Shown here: in pieces, positions 1-10,339 of the stretch
Position numbering within the stretch: position 1 is the first letter of the stretch
How the letters are laid out: each line of letters begins with the position of its first letter
Assembly: GCA_021432655.1 (NCBI GenBank)
Contig: MU271668.1
Coordinates: 1 to 33,597 of the forward strand
Reading direction: 5' to 3'
Length of the DNA: 33,597 bases
From: Atractiella rhizophila
Lineage: Eukaryota
The notes under the pieces: model-generated
Told to the model about the DNA's origin: nothing
The model's input: the letters and a program-made list of their open reading frames with translations, nothing else
The model's database searches: none
Translations under genes and position numbers: made by a program

Positions 1-86
1 CGAAACTCAATTTCGCCGATACGACGCATTTTCTGCAACTGGCGATGGGTCAGGTGCCCTACGATGCCTAAACAACATCTAGATAG

Positions 87-1679
87 TCAGACAGATCGCC
101 GAAAAACGGATGAACTCACCCTACCCGTCACATCGGCGATCACACCTTCCACAGCCGAATCTTCACTAGCCTCATCCTCCGCGGCTCGATCATCCTGCCT
201 CCTTTTATACAATTCCATCTGCAACTCAGCGGCCTTCAGAGCGTCCGCCGCCGCTTGTGCATTCAATTTAGCGGCAGCTAGCATGGTTTGCGCGAAGTCC
301 AGGCTGAATGCCTCAGAGTACAACCGGGCGGCGCTCAGCAACGATTGCGAAGGAGAATCCTCGTCGACATCCGAAATGTTCTCGTAATTGCTTTCGATGA
401 AAGCCGATGGACGTTTTTTCCCGTCGCCGATACGTTTAGGATGGAATGAAGTCGACATTACGACTAGCATCGAGAGTTCCCGCAAATATCCCAATGGCAA
501 AACCTCACACATTTTTCGCGAACTATGACAACGCGAACAGACCCGTCCGAACGCGGTTGCGACATACCCAGCAGAGAAATCGCACACCTGCGAGTCGTTG
601 TCACCCTTGGCCTTCTTTTTCGCCGCTTTGACAGGTGCCGCTCGAACCTTTCCAGTACAATTGCTACAGCGCTGCGTCCCGATGCTTGCCAACGTGGGAA
701 GAATGCGCGCATTCGCCCGAGGAGTCGTGATAACCAATTCGAGATCCAGCTCGCCCAGATTGATGTTTGCCGCAGCATGAGAATAGGCCTCACGAGTACC
801 TGGCCAGAAGTAACGATATTTCGCCGCATCCAATTCTTGTCGCCGAGTCGTACTTTTCCGTCCCGCACTACGAATTCGGCGACAGGCGCACCGGCGAACG
901 GATTTCGATCCCCCAACGCTGCAGGCAAAACGAAAGTAGTCGCAGTAACCAAGTGGTCAGACAGGGTCCTCACGACCCCGACCTTGGATCCCTTCGCCGC
1001 CGAAATCGACTTTTGAGCGCGCAAATTTTCCTCTGCCGCTCGACGTTTAATTTCAAGCGCCGCCCGTTTTCGCTCCTCTTCTTCCTTAGCCAAACATTTT
1101 TTCGTATCAGACAAGAAGAGCTCTCGCTCTTTCCTTCGCAAAATTGGATCACCATTCGCCGATTCGGAAGGCTGAAACCCAAGTTTCACTGCTTCCTCCT
1201 CGACGAGCGCCGCTTGTCCGACCCAAAGCCGGAGTTCATCCCGCAATNNNNNNNNNNNNNNNNNNNNNNNNNNNNNNNNNNNNNNNNNNNNNNNNNNNNN
1301 NNNNNNNNNNNNNNNNNNNNNNNNNNNNNNNNNNNNNNNNNNNNNNNNNNNNNNNNNNNNNNNNNNNNCAGGCATCCGCAGCGGAAACGACAGAACCCGA
1401 CCATCACCAAACCCTCTTGTGGCCTCATAAGCTGTTCGCACCTTCCCACCGGCGACGGATTACACAACTACAATATACGAGACACGAAAAGCTCACCTCT
1501 TCTTGCACCTCATCACAAAATTTGACATACAGAGGATAACACCTTTTCCCCCACTCCAGCACATCGGCGAATCGCCCAAAGTTCACCTCTTTCGCCTTTT
1601 CCACGTCCCAATAAACAGTGCCCTCCCTCCTATCTTTGTTCGCCAGAACGAAGTCGAAGAGTTGCGCGTCGGTTGACAT
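87..1679 (-). CDS. Retroelement-associated antisense gene encoding a coiled-coil plus Cys-rich (Zn2Cys6-like) protein; one intron, one apparent frameshift, spans the N gap
   Basis: Exon 1 (1679-1497, MSTDAQ...EVQEE) and a GT-AG intron (1496-1442) join in frame to ORF 464..1441. A 1-nt shift near 836-838 leads into ORF 87..833, which has CSNC...C...CSRC-x6-C. A decayed paralogue at ~18.2-18.9 kb reads through the shift (GKVQVSNKELNTVKCYFWPGT). Confidence 0.65.
1248..1368. other. Assembly gap (121 N)
   Basis: Run of N in the sequence. Confidence 1.
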
Positions 1680-1804
1680 TTTTTGCAAGGAAAGAAGAGA
1701 GAGTGATGGTGGTAGAACTGGAAAATTTTTCGCCCAAGCTAGCCGCAAACCTTAACCTTAAAATTCCGTGACTCGCGTACACTAGTCAGAAATTTGGGGG
1801 GTGT

Positions 1805-2294
1805 TGTCAGGCTTGCCCCTACGCATTACCGAAATGTACCATTCGGAGTCACGTGACCTACTTCAGTACATCGTAGGATCAAGTGCCTACACGTCGCCGC
1901 TTTGCGCACGTTCGCGCTGACCGCCGCCTTCTCCCATCTCACTCGAATCGCCGCTCAGCAAACCTTATACATTTCGCCGGTCTGCACCGTCGCCATTATT
2001 GCCATGTTATCTTTTCTCACTTGTACTGCTCAGTATATCTTATTTCCGAGTATTCCCTTTATTGCTTTCCTGATCTAGCTATCTTACATGTTTCAAGAAA
2101 CTTATGTTACAGTTTATGGCAGTGCCTTGGCATATGTATATATACATTGAGACGTAGTGGTGGTGACCTCAGAGTATTCTCTTAGCTTTACCTCCACTAC
2201 AGGTTAGTCTTCTCATGCTATACGATTCACTTAGGTTTACCTCCACTACAGACGCATCGTCTATCGGCGACCGCACATAGTGTCAGCCCTAACA
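1805..2294 (+). mobile_element. LTR family A, probably the 3' LTR of a retroelement extending left of the window
   Basis: Starts TGTCAGGCTTGC and ends GCCCTAACA, preceded by a G-rich PPT-like tract (1796-1801). Both termini and the ~145-bp 3' part match the inverted copy at 32585-33031. Confidence 0.8.
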
Positions 2295-2345
2295 ATCGCC
2301 TAAAGAGCTTGATATCCTCCCTCACCTTGTGGGGAGATGTAAGAG

Positions 2346-2701
2346 CCCATCATGAGGATTTGAACCCTCAGAGGTAGCAACCTCTGCCTTGCAAGTCAAT
2401 CTGCCTGACTGAGGAGAAAGATCCTCATGATGGGAGCTTGCTGAGCGGCTGGCAACCACCTACACGGTTACGTCCCGACAAACCAAGATAGGAAAGGGAG
2501 CCGTCCTCATGCAGCTGGATCTCAGAGGCAAATCCATCACACAGAAGCTGATGGCTCGAAGGTAGCAACCTCTGCCTCACAAGTCAATCTACCGCTCGAG
2601 TTGTGAGCAGAGTCTGATGGAAAGCCCCCATATGCTCGTCAGCACCTCCTCTGCGTGGTTACGTCTTGACAAACCAAGATATGACAAAGGCAGACGAGTA
2701 T
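2346..2701 (+). repeat. Two diverged ~190-bp units with conserved cores and hairpin-forming flanks
   Basis: 2372-2405 vs 2560-2593 (31/34 identical); 2466-2490 vs 2657-2681 (23/25 identical); perfect 14-bp inverted repeat 2346-2359/2421-2434. Confidence 0.85.
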
Positions 2702-2986
2702 GAAAAGAGTATCCTGACCCCAAAGAAGACTTTGAGGATCAAGACGCCCTTGTGGTGCTCAAACTGTGAAGACATGATACGACCCACATCGATGCAAACC
2801 TCAAGCTCATAATCAATCCCTTGAACTTTGATGCAAGACTAGACATGTACACATGAAAGGCGGCCGTCAGAACACTTCTGAGACGTTATGAGGCGGCCCT
2901 CGCCCCAAAGAAAAGTCGAAGGAATCAATAGAACTCAGCCTCTCATGGTGCAATGACAATACTGAGATGAATCGAATGAATCATAT

Positions 2987-3895
2987 TTATTTCTTAGCCT
3001 CCAACTCTATGAACTGACCCCAAGGTACCTTGTGGGGCAATACTGAGTGCCTTTTGCAAAGGTCAATAGCCTCCTTCTCCAGATCATGATCTGCAGAATC
3101 ATCATACTGCCATCCCTCCTTCTCCCTCCTCCTGATGATCGCTCGGAACTGTCTAGGCGATAAACGACAGTATATCTCTATAAACATGGATTAGGCGAAA
3201 ATATGAAAGGAAATAGGATAGAGAATGAACCTATTGGGACCACAGCAGTCAAGAAAAAGTTCTTGGACCGTGCCCACACCATGGGATCGCCATAAGTGGT
3301 CCTAAGACTGCCCCTGGTGCCTTGACGCTGATACCAGGCCACATGATAGGGTTCATAGCGCCTCCTACATCCAAAAATGAGTAAAATGGCGCTAATGGGA
3401 GACAGGAATCGAGAGAACTCACCTCTTCTCCCCTGGATGAAGCAGAACGGGGAACTGTCCATCCATAAAGCGCACTGCAGAATTGACGATATATGAATTC
3501 ATGAGGGTGGAGAATTCATCACTGATGGGATCATAAGAGAGAACCAAGGGGATGTTCTCATTCTCTCCCATGACCCAACGATTCACTGTGATGAAACCAC
3601 AAAGATCAGAAAAAAGATAGGAAGGTACACAAGCAAAGAACATACCTGCTCTTGGAAAAACATTGTGACAGAGATCATTGCCATTGAAACCGATCTTAAA
3701 AGCTTCCAAGCCATAACAATCCATGAGATCTAAAAGGATAACCAGTACTTAACAGAAGAAAGGTGTAAAGATTTGAAAAGAACACCCACCTTTCATTGAT
3801 ACCTTTCCCATGACCAGAGGATCCAAAGAAATAGAGTATTTCTCCCTAACAGCATCAAACAAGGTATGAAGGGACGTCACATTGCTTCCAGACAT
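2987..3895 (-). CDS. Intact 5-exon gene, 225-aa protein of unknown function
   Basis: Exons 3895-3790, 3729-3646, 3585-3423, 3364-3231 and 3177-2987 with four GT-AG introns (60, 60, 58, 53 nt) splice to 678 nt with no internal stop. TATATAAA lies ~50 nt upstream of the ATG. Confidence 0.75.
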
Positions 3896-4075
3896 GATGG
3901 AAAGTCTGCAGATTGATGGAGAAAGGCCACACAGAGCCAGAGCAGTTTATATACCCTTCTCCCCCTGCCATATGGGGCCATCGTTTATGCAGCTTAGTAA
4001 AAGCTCCTCACAGCCTTTCAGGCTGAATTTGCGGCCACAAATCAACGCAGTGGAGCAGTGTGTACGCCCCACAAA

Positions 4076-4404
4076 GCAGGAGCTCCACCTATTAGCCTAA
4101 TGATCAATTAAAACCATCGCACCATCCACTCAAAGACCAGGAGCCCCGCTGATGAAATGATGCAAAAAATAGGGAACCCACAGCACTGTACCATCGAAAA
4201 TGGGCGGAATAGACGGCCTCAGGACTCTCCATGACGCTTACAAATGCAGGAGCTCCACCTGTTAGCCTAATGATCAATTAAAACCATCGCACCATCCACT
4301 CAAAGACCAGGAGCCCCGCTGATAAAATGATGCAAAAAATAGTGATCTCACAGCACTTTGCCATCGAAAAGGAATGGAATAGACGCCTCAGGACTCTCCA
4401 TGAC
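4076..4404 (+). repeat. Tandem direct repeat, 2 copies, period 170 bp
   Basis: 4076-4235 and 4246-4404 are highly similar (GCAGGAGCTCCACCT...GGACTCTCCATGAC). Confidence 0.95.
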
Positions 4405-5527
4405 CGCCCTGAATCATCCAGAGCATCCCCATTTAGCACAAGAAGCATATGATGCATTGCCGCTTCATCTTGAGGAACAGGGAAACGCAGGAGAGACAGC
4501 CCATAGAGGGGGTGTCAGGACCCTTTGAGCGACCAAAAAGGCGCCACAAAGACCACATTCCACCCTATTTCCTTCCACATAAGGACTCAACACTGCAATG
4601 AATAAAGAAAACACAAGAAAGAACCTCAGCCTATGCTGAAGCGCAGATAACAACTCTGCATGATGCGATGGGCAATCCCATCAATTCCTTCACTTATAAA
4701 CCACCCAGAGCACCTCCCAAAGAGCCCTCACCATCACCAGAACTGAAGAAGTCTTAGCGAAACAGGATCTAGCCAGTCTTGTCTTCTGGTGAAACCCCTC
4801 ATCTCACACCCCACTATCGCTCCTCCTCCTCTTGCTCCTAGTTATTTACTATTGGAAGTGAACATATCAAGAAGGGAGAAGCTACACTGTGAGTGTTTCG
4901 TCTTTGGTTCGCTTTGGAGTCCAATTTTGTTGGACTCTGATGGTTCTGCCCTCTCCTGTTGATGTTGGTCCCACCTTCATCCCTAACCCATGCGTTGCGG
5001 GGAAGTACGTAATTTGGTTGTGTTGCAGTGATATGGGCCATTTGTCTCGCACGTGTCCGTAAGGTTGTCACGTGATAATATGTACGGATGGGACGGGGTA
5101 CGTCACATGTTAGACGTAATAAGTTGGAGTCTCAGCTCACTGAACTGTGTGAGAGCATGAGCTCTCTCATCCACTCGGTCCCCTTGGATTCTACACTTAG
5201 TGTTAGGGTCATGTTCTGGTTCCACAGCGATTTGACCACCATCCGCTGTTGGACTAGGTCCAGCGCACAAACTGTTCTGCCTATATCATGTCATACTGAT
5301 AACAAGGAATGAATCGGAGCAAACGACAGTAACCACTTTCCCATCCACTATTGATTATTGCATTCAAGTACATCAGATCACATGTTCTCGTTGCTCTTCC
5401 AGAAAAGGAAGGTCGTGCACGCGCTCGAAAACTTTTGTTGTCGATTCTCGATCTTTCAACGAATTATTACGAATCCTGAGAAATTACTGTTAGAATTAGT
5501 GCAGCTCGCACTCAACGATCTACCTTT

Positions 5528-8500
5528 ATGGCGCTCCAAACCAGACTTCCACAGGTCATCAATGCCGCTCTCTCCCCTTTCTCAAGTGCAGAACAGAAGC
5601 AAGAGGCGTATGCTTTCCTGGAGCAAGTGAAACTAGCAAGCGCAGCCGAATCCACTTGGAAGGAATGCCTAGCTTTGTTCACGCAGGGAGGAGAAGGGGT
5701 TGGGCCGGAGTGCAGGTTGTACGCTCTCCAGGTTGTGGATGAAGCTTTGGGCAATCGGTGCGCGTTTCTTCAAACCGTCAAGACGTGATCGGTTGGCTTG
5801 TTCTCTTTCCCTGTCTTCGAATTGCTATTCAGCACTTTCACGATTATTTTAAATTACGGATCGACCATTTTCTGGTGCATGAGACCTGTGTGTATCAAGC
5901 TCCATCTGCTGCCCGCCACCTCTTGACATAACAGTAGTTCGTTAAGGTGGCGGCGTTGTTCTTTGTACGAGATGAATGGTTGACCTCACTGTCTCCTAAG
6001 ATATAACAAAAGTCTATTGCTCTGGGTCATCTACAGCTCTTTGATTTCATATTGAGGGTCAAATCTACCTGAAACTGCTCTTTGTGCACTGAAGCGATCC
6101 CCAGGCTATTCACTGCCTCTTATCTCTCTCAATAGGATCGATTTGTTGTGTGTGGACAAAGTACTCTGAGACTGACTTCGACCTGTGCGTTTCATTTTAG
6201 GTTCGCAGAAGTAGCAAATCAGCAGAATTTGGTCGAGACGGTCCGTCAAGAGCTATTTATTATACCTGTCTCGTGTTTACATCGAAGGCAACAGAGAGGA
6301 AACCAATTGTTTGGCATTCCTTCAATTGCGGCGCCTTTCTCTTACTTGAGCGAACAGACATTAAAAACAAACTTGCACAAAAACTCTCTTCTACCTCTTC
6401 ATGAGAACCTACACTACCACTTTCCCCGATTTTTTCACCGTTTTCATCGCGCAAATTCGCTCCTCTTCAAACTCTGCCCCCTCTACACCTCACGCCAGAG
6501 GAGGACAGTCTCTGAATCCTCGTCTCATCGACCTGCTCTTACGCATATTGCACGAAATAGCAATGGAACTCTCGGATGCCATTCTTCGAGGAAACAAATC
6601 CCAAGAACGCCTGGCGATAGATGCCGCTTTGAGAGACAATGTGAGGGCAAAAGACGCACCACTCATCGCGAAAACCCCTATGGGAAATCGTGACGGAATA
6701 TTTGACTCGAATTTCGATTGCCCGCAATGCGAAAGCTGAGGAAATGTTGGAGATGGTGGTCCGTGTAGTTGCGGATTACGTTCGTACGGCCGCAATTCCC
6801 AATAATCCCTTTTAGCTAATGCGTTTGGGGAAACAGCTTGGATTGATATCAACCTCATGGTCACGCCAACCACGGTGCCACTAATTCACAACTGCATTTA
6901 CCCCTCCTTCGCCACCTCCACGCATCCTTATTATCCCATTCGAACTGCAGCAGCAGATGCCCTGATTGAAACGGTTTCAAAAGGGATGCCTTCCGGCGAC
7001 AAAGTAGAACTAATCAACGTGCTCCAACTCCCCGAGCTGCTTAATTCTTTAGTCGCGATAGGGAGGGAAAATGGTGCATCTGAAGGGGAAGAGTCTCTGG
7101 AAGTTTTTCGAGAGAAACTTGCGAAACTACTCAGTAGCATAGGAAGCCAGCTATTCCTCATTTTTGACGACTCAACGGCGGCTGCCGAGACGAAGACCGC
7201 CGCCCTCAACCTGATGAATCCCCTCCTGCCACTTCTGCTAACATTCCTTGGAGACGTTCATGACGATACATCGGCTGCAGTTATCCCTTTCGCTCTTGGG
7301 GTCATAGGATACTATAAGAAAGAGAAGAAGGCAAATCAGCAGGCTCGTGTGCGGGATGAAGGCGCCAAGGCGTTCTTGACCCAGTTGCTGAGTGAAGTTA
7401 TGAAGAAGATGGAGCATGGTGTTGATGCTGACTGGAGTCTCGACTCCGGGGACGACGTGGATGAAGATCATGCCAAATTCTTGGAACTTCGGAAGGTACC
7501 GTTCCCCTTCTAACCTCATGCCCGTTCTAATTCCTCTTCGATGGGTTAGGGTTTAAAACAACTGTTTGATGGGATCGCTGCTATCGACGATAATCTTTTT
7601 GGAAACACCGTTTATGCATTCGTCCTGTCTGTTCTCGAAACTCTCCAGTCCACGCCGTCTACCGTCACCTGGCAACTTGCTGAACTGGCGATTTATGTCC
7701 TTTACATTTACGGTGAAGCGTCTAAAGGTACGGCAATCACAATTTATTCAAAATCGTCGACTGACTACTTTCTTACAGCTGCGACTGGGCAGGCTGGCTT
7801 TGTAGTCATTCCAGAAAGTGTTTTGAGACAGCAACAGAGTCGTTCCAAAACCCAAACATCAAATCAGCAGCCTGCAGAGCTTGATCACTCCCAGTACCCC
7901 CTATCTCCGTTGGGTGAGATGATGTATCGAGTCATCAAGTCCAACATCGTTGCTTTCCCTCACTCTTCTGTCGCCCTCCAGTTCTTTGAATGCGTCGTTC
8001 GATATCACGAGTTCTTCAAGCTAAGTCCTGATTGCATTGGCGACGTACTGCCTAGTTTTATGGACGAGCGGTGAGTGCATTTGCGTTTTATGGAACAGTG
8101 CCTGAAACCCTGTAGTGGCCTGCATCAACCCGATATGGCCGTTCGCTGCAGGATCTACTATCTCTTCAACCGCTTTATCTTCAATTCCAAGAGCATTATT
8201 CAATCGCAAGTTTCGGGTCAACTTATCAGCGACATATTGAGTCGCATGCAGGCAGGTTTGGCTAATTTCCTAACGACATACTGACAGTCTGCCAGGACAT
8301 CATGATCATTCGAGCGGAGCTTCCTCAAGCAGAGTCACCTCAGGAGGATATACTGACCAAAGCTACACGTACGGCATCCCCATTCGACGCACAACTGTAC
8401 CTATTCGAGACAATGGGCACTTTGATCTCGGTACTCAATCAGATTCCAGAACAACAAGTCATACTCCTTCGCGCTGGTTTTGCTCCTCTCCTTTCAGACC

Positions 8501-9840
8501 TTGAATCCAACATTCGTACCAGCATTAGCAGCCCAGCGGATGTCGTTGCTATTCTCCAGCTCCATCATGTCATAATGGCAATCGGGAACGTCGCAAAAGG
8601 TTTTCCAGACGTCAGTCCGAGGAACTTGGAGCCAACTGGAGAATGGATCCAGGTTTTCAAGGAGGCAACAGATCGTATACTGGCAGTATTGAAAGTGATG
8701 AGCGGGATTGCAGTAATTCGGGAAGCTGTGAGAAAATTGTCCACAGATCGAGCAAAGGCTGATATTTTGCTAGTCTCGATTTGCTTTCAATCGCATAGTC
8801 ACCACCGCGGGATCTTCCGTTCTCCCTCTCATACCTACGTTGATTGACTGTCTCATCAACCAAGTTACCCTGACAGAACTCGCTGAGTTCACATCATTCT
8901 TGGGCAATGTTATTCACAAGTACAAAGTGAGCCTTGTGTTCTCCTCCAAGAACGTCGATGAACAGGTGAATAGGCTCACGTGCTAGGAGTGCTTGATAAC
9001 CTCATCCTACCGCTCTTTCAAAGGGTCGTCTATTTCCTCAACCAACCGATAAACGGCACAGACGACAAGGTGCAACAATCCGAATTGCGGCGAGCACAAT
9101 TTGGTCTCATTAACATGATCATCAATTCCCATCTACATGAGGTTTTTGTTTCTCCTAGTGCGTTCCATGTCGTTTCACGACCTATTACTTACCCTTTCTA
9201 TAGCGAACAGACCCCAGTTCGAAGAGATTCTGAAGACGACAATACATTTCATTTCGACGAATTCTCTTCCCCCAGACCAGAAACAAGGCTTTCTCGTTTT
9301 GAGGAACTTCACAACAATCTGGGTTGAGCCGATCTCTCCCGAAGCAGAGGAGAACTCGAAATCTATTACTAAGTTCAACAACACTAAAGCTCTGCCTACC
9401 TCCACCCCAATACCTGGTCTCCACAACTTCTTTTACGAGCACGCTGTACCCGTCGCAGTGGGATTACCGAAGAGAATGGCCGCAGACTACTCAGACGCGG
9501 GTACTTACGATGTGCGTTTCTTTGCATCTAGTTTACTTAAACCATTCAGTGATAATTGGGCAGGTCATTGGAGAGATCTACTTTTTCCTCCGACAACTCT
9601 TTCTAAAACGAGGTGAAGAGGTGTCACAGCTTCTGCTCACACGAGTCCTCCCAGCAGCCGGGTTTACACCTGATCAAGCAAAGGAGTTTGTCCAAAACGT
9701 AACACAAAACAAAGAGTATATATTTCCGTCATAAGAACCGCCCGTTGCTCACTATGCTCCACAGGTACCGAAAGTTCAAGACCTACTATTCCGACTTCTG
9801 CAAAGCTAACAAGCCTCCGTTCAATCCTCATACGTCTTGA
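5528..9840 (+). CDS. los1: Exportin-T (tRNA nuclear export receptor, importin-beta family), multi-exon
   Basis: Spliced peptides include RLYALQVVDEAL, IKNKLAQ..YLFMRTY...FPDFF, YVPWIDINLMV, WQLAELAIYVLYIYGE, HSSVALQFFECVVRYHEFF, GLHQPDMAVRCRIYYLFNRF, FDAQLYLFETMGTL and PINGTDD, all typical of Xpo-t/Los1. Stop TGA at 9838-9840. Three apparent small indels lie at ~6255-6680. Confidence 0.9.
5858..6161 (+). ncRNA. Candidate structured RNA (H/ACA snoRNA-like) in the 443-nt first intron of los1
   Basis: Nested stems 5861-5869/5975-5983 and 5913-5921/5945-5953; ANANNA at 6001-6011; second paired domain (6014-6019/6130-6135, 6040-6048/6054-6063); ACA at 6156-6158. Confidence 0.35.
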
Positions 9841-10339
9841 GTCTTTCAGCATACATACTCGTTCAATTCCAGGTGCTTCTTCCCAATCATTTGTCGCATC
9901 GAGTTTCCGTCGCATTATCTTGCAATTTCATCGTGTAAGTAAAATAATTACAACTGAAAACGAAGTAAAGAACAGCGCTTTCTCGATTCCGAACGGGTCA
10001 TGATATCGAACATGACTCCTGTTGAATTGGTGCGTGCTTTCAACAATCTTCCCTAAAATTTACAGCCAGAGCTCAGCTCGTCCTACCCTTAACTGATTGT
10101 GTCGCCACTTTCACCATTACTTCCGTTGGAGAGGTTCAGACCTTATAAGGTGTATAAGTTCAAAAGTTTAGAGTTCCTTCAATTGCACAAAAAGTCGAGG
10201 GTCAAATTTGAGCAACAGATAAACTTTAGAATTGTTTCTTACGACATAAATTATGCCATGAGAAAGGGATGTGGGCAGTTCAGCGTTCTTCCATTAATTC
10301 CAACAAGACTTGACCTTGATAACCTTTACTATGACTCAT

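Larger units (their letters stand above)
2338..4242 (+). mobile_element. Putative long (1.9 kb) LTR of a second retroelement family
   Basis: PPT-like GTGGGGAGA directly before TGTAAGAG; ends CGCTTACA (TGTAAG/CTTACA inverted termini); TATA-like TTTATATA at 3946-3953. No second full copy is in the window. Confidence 0.5.

Noticed and set aside
2343..2437. tRNA/tRNA-Sec-like fold on the minus strand (GAGGGTTCAAATCCTC, long variable-arm-like hairpin)
   Set aside because: There is no D-arm, the anticodon loop lacks U33, the T-arm spacing is wrong, and the second repeat copy lacks the T-loop. A simple long hairpin explains it better.
2338..4404. Endogenised ambivirus or viroid-like element (ambisense ORFs plus ribozyme-like motifs)
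   Set aside because: The minus-strand gene has four spliceosomal introns and no RdRp motifs, and the PPT and TG...CA ends favour a retroelement.
4076..4404. CRISPR-like array
   Set aside because: Only two long units, no unique spacers, no cas genes, eukaryotic context.
5067..5075. GTCACGTGA E-box upstream of los1
   Set aside because: The short motif also occurs in TE sequence (~1848, ~28721), so it cannot be called functional from sequence alone.
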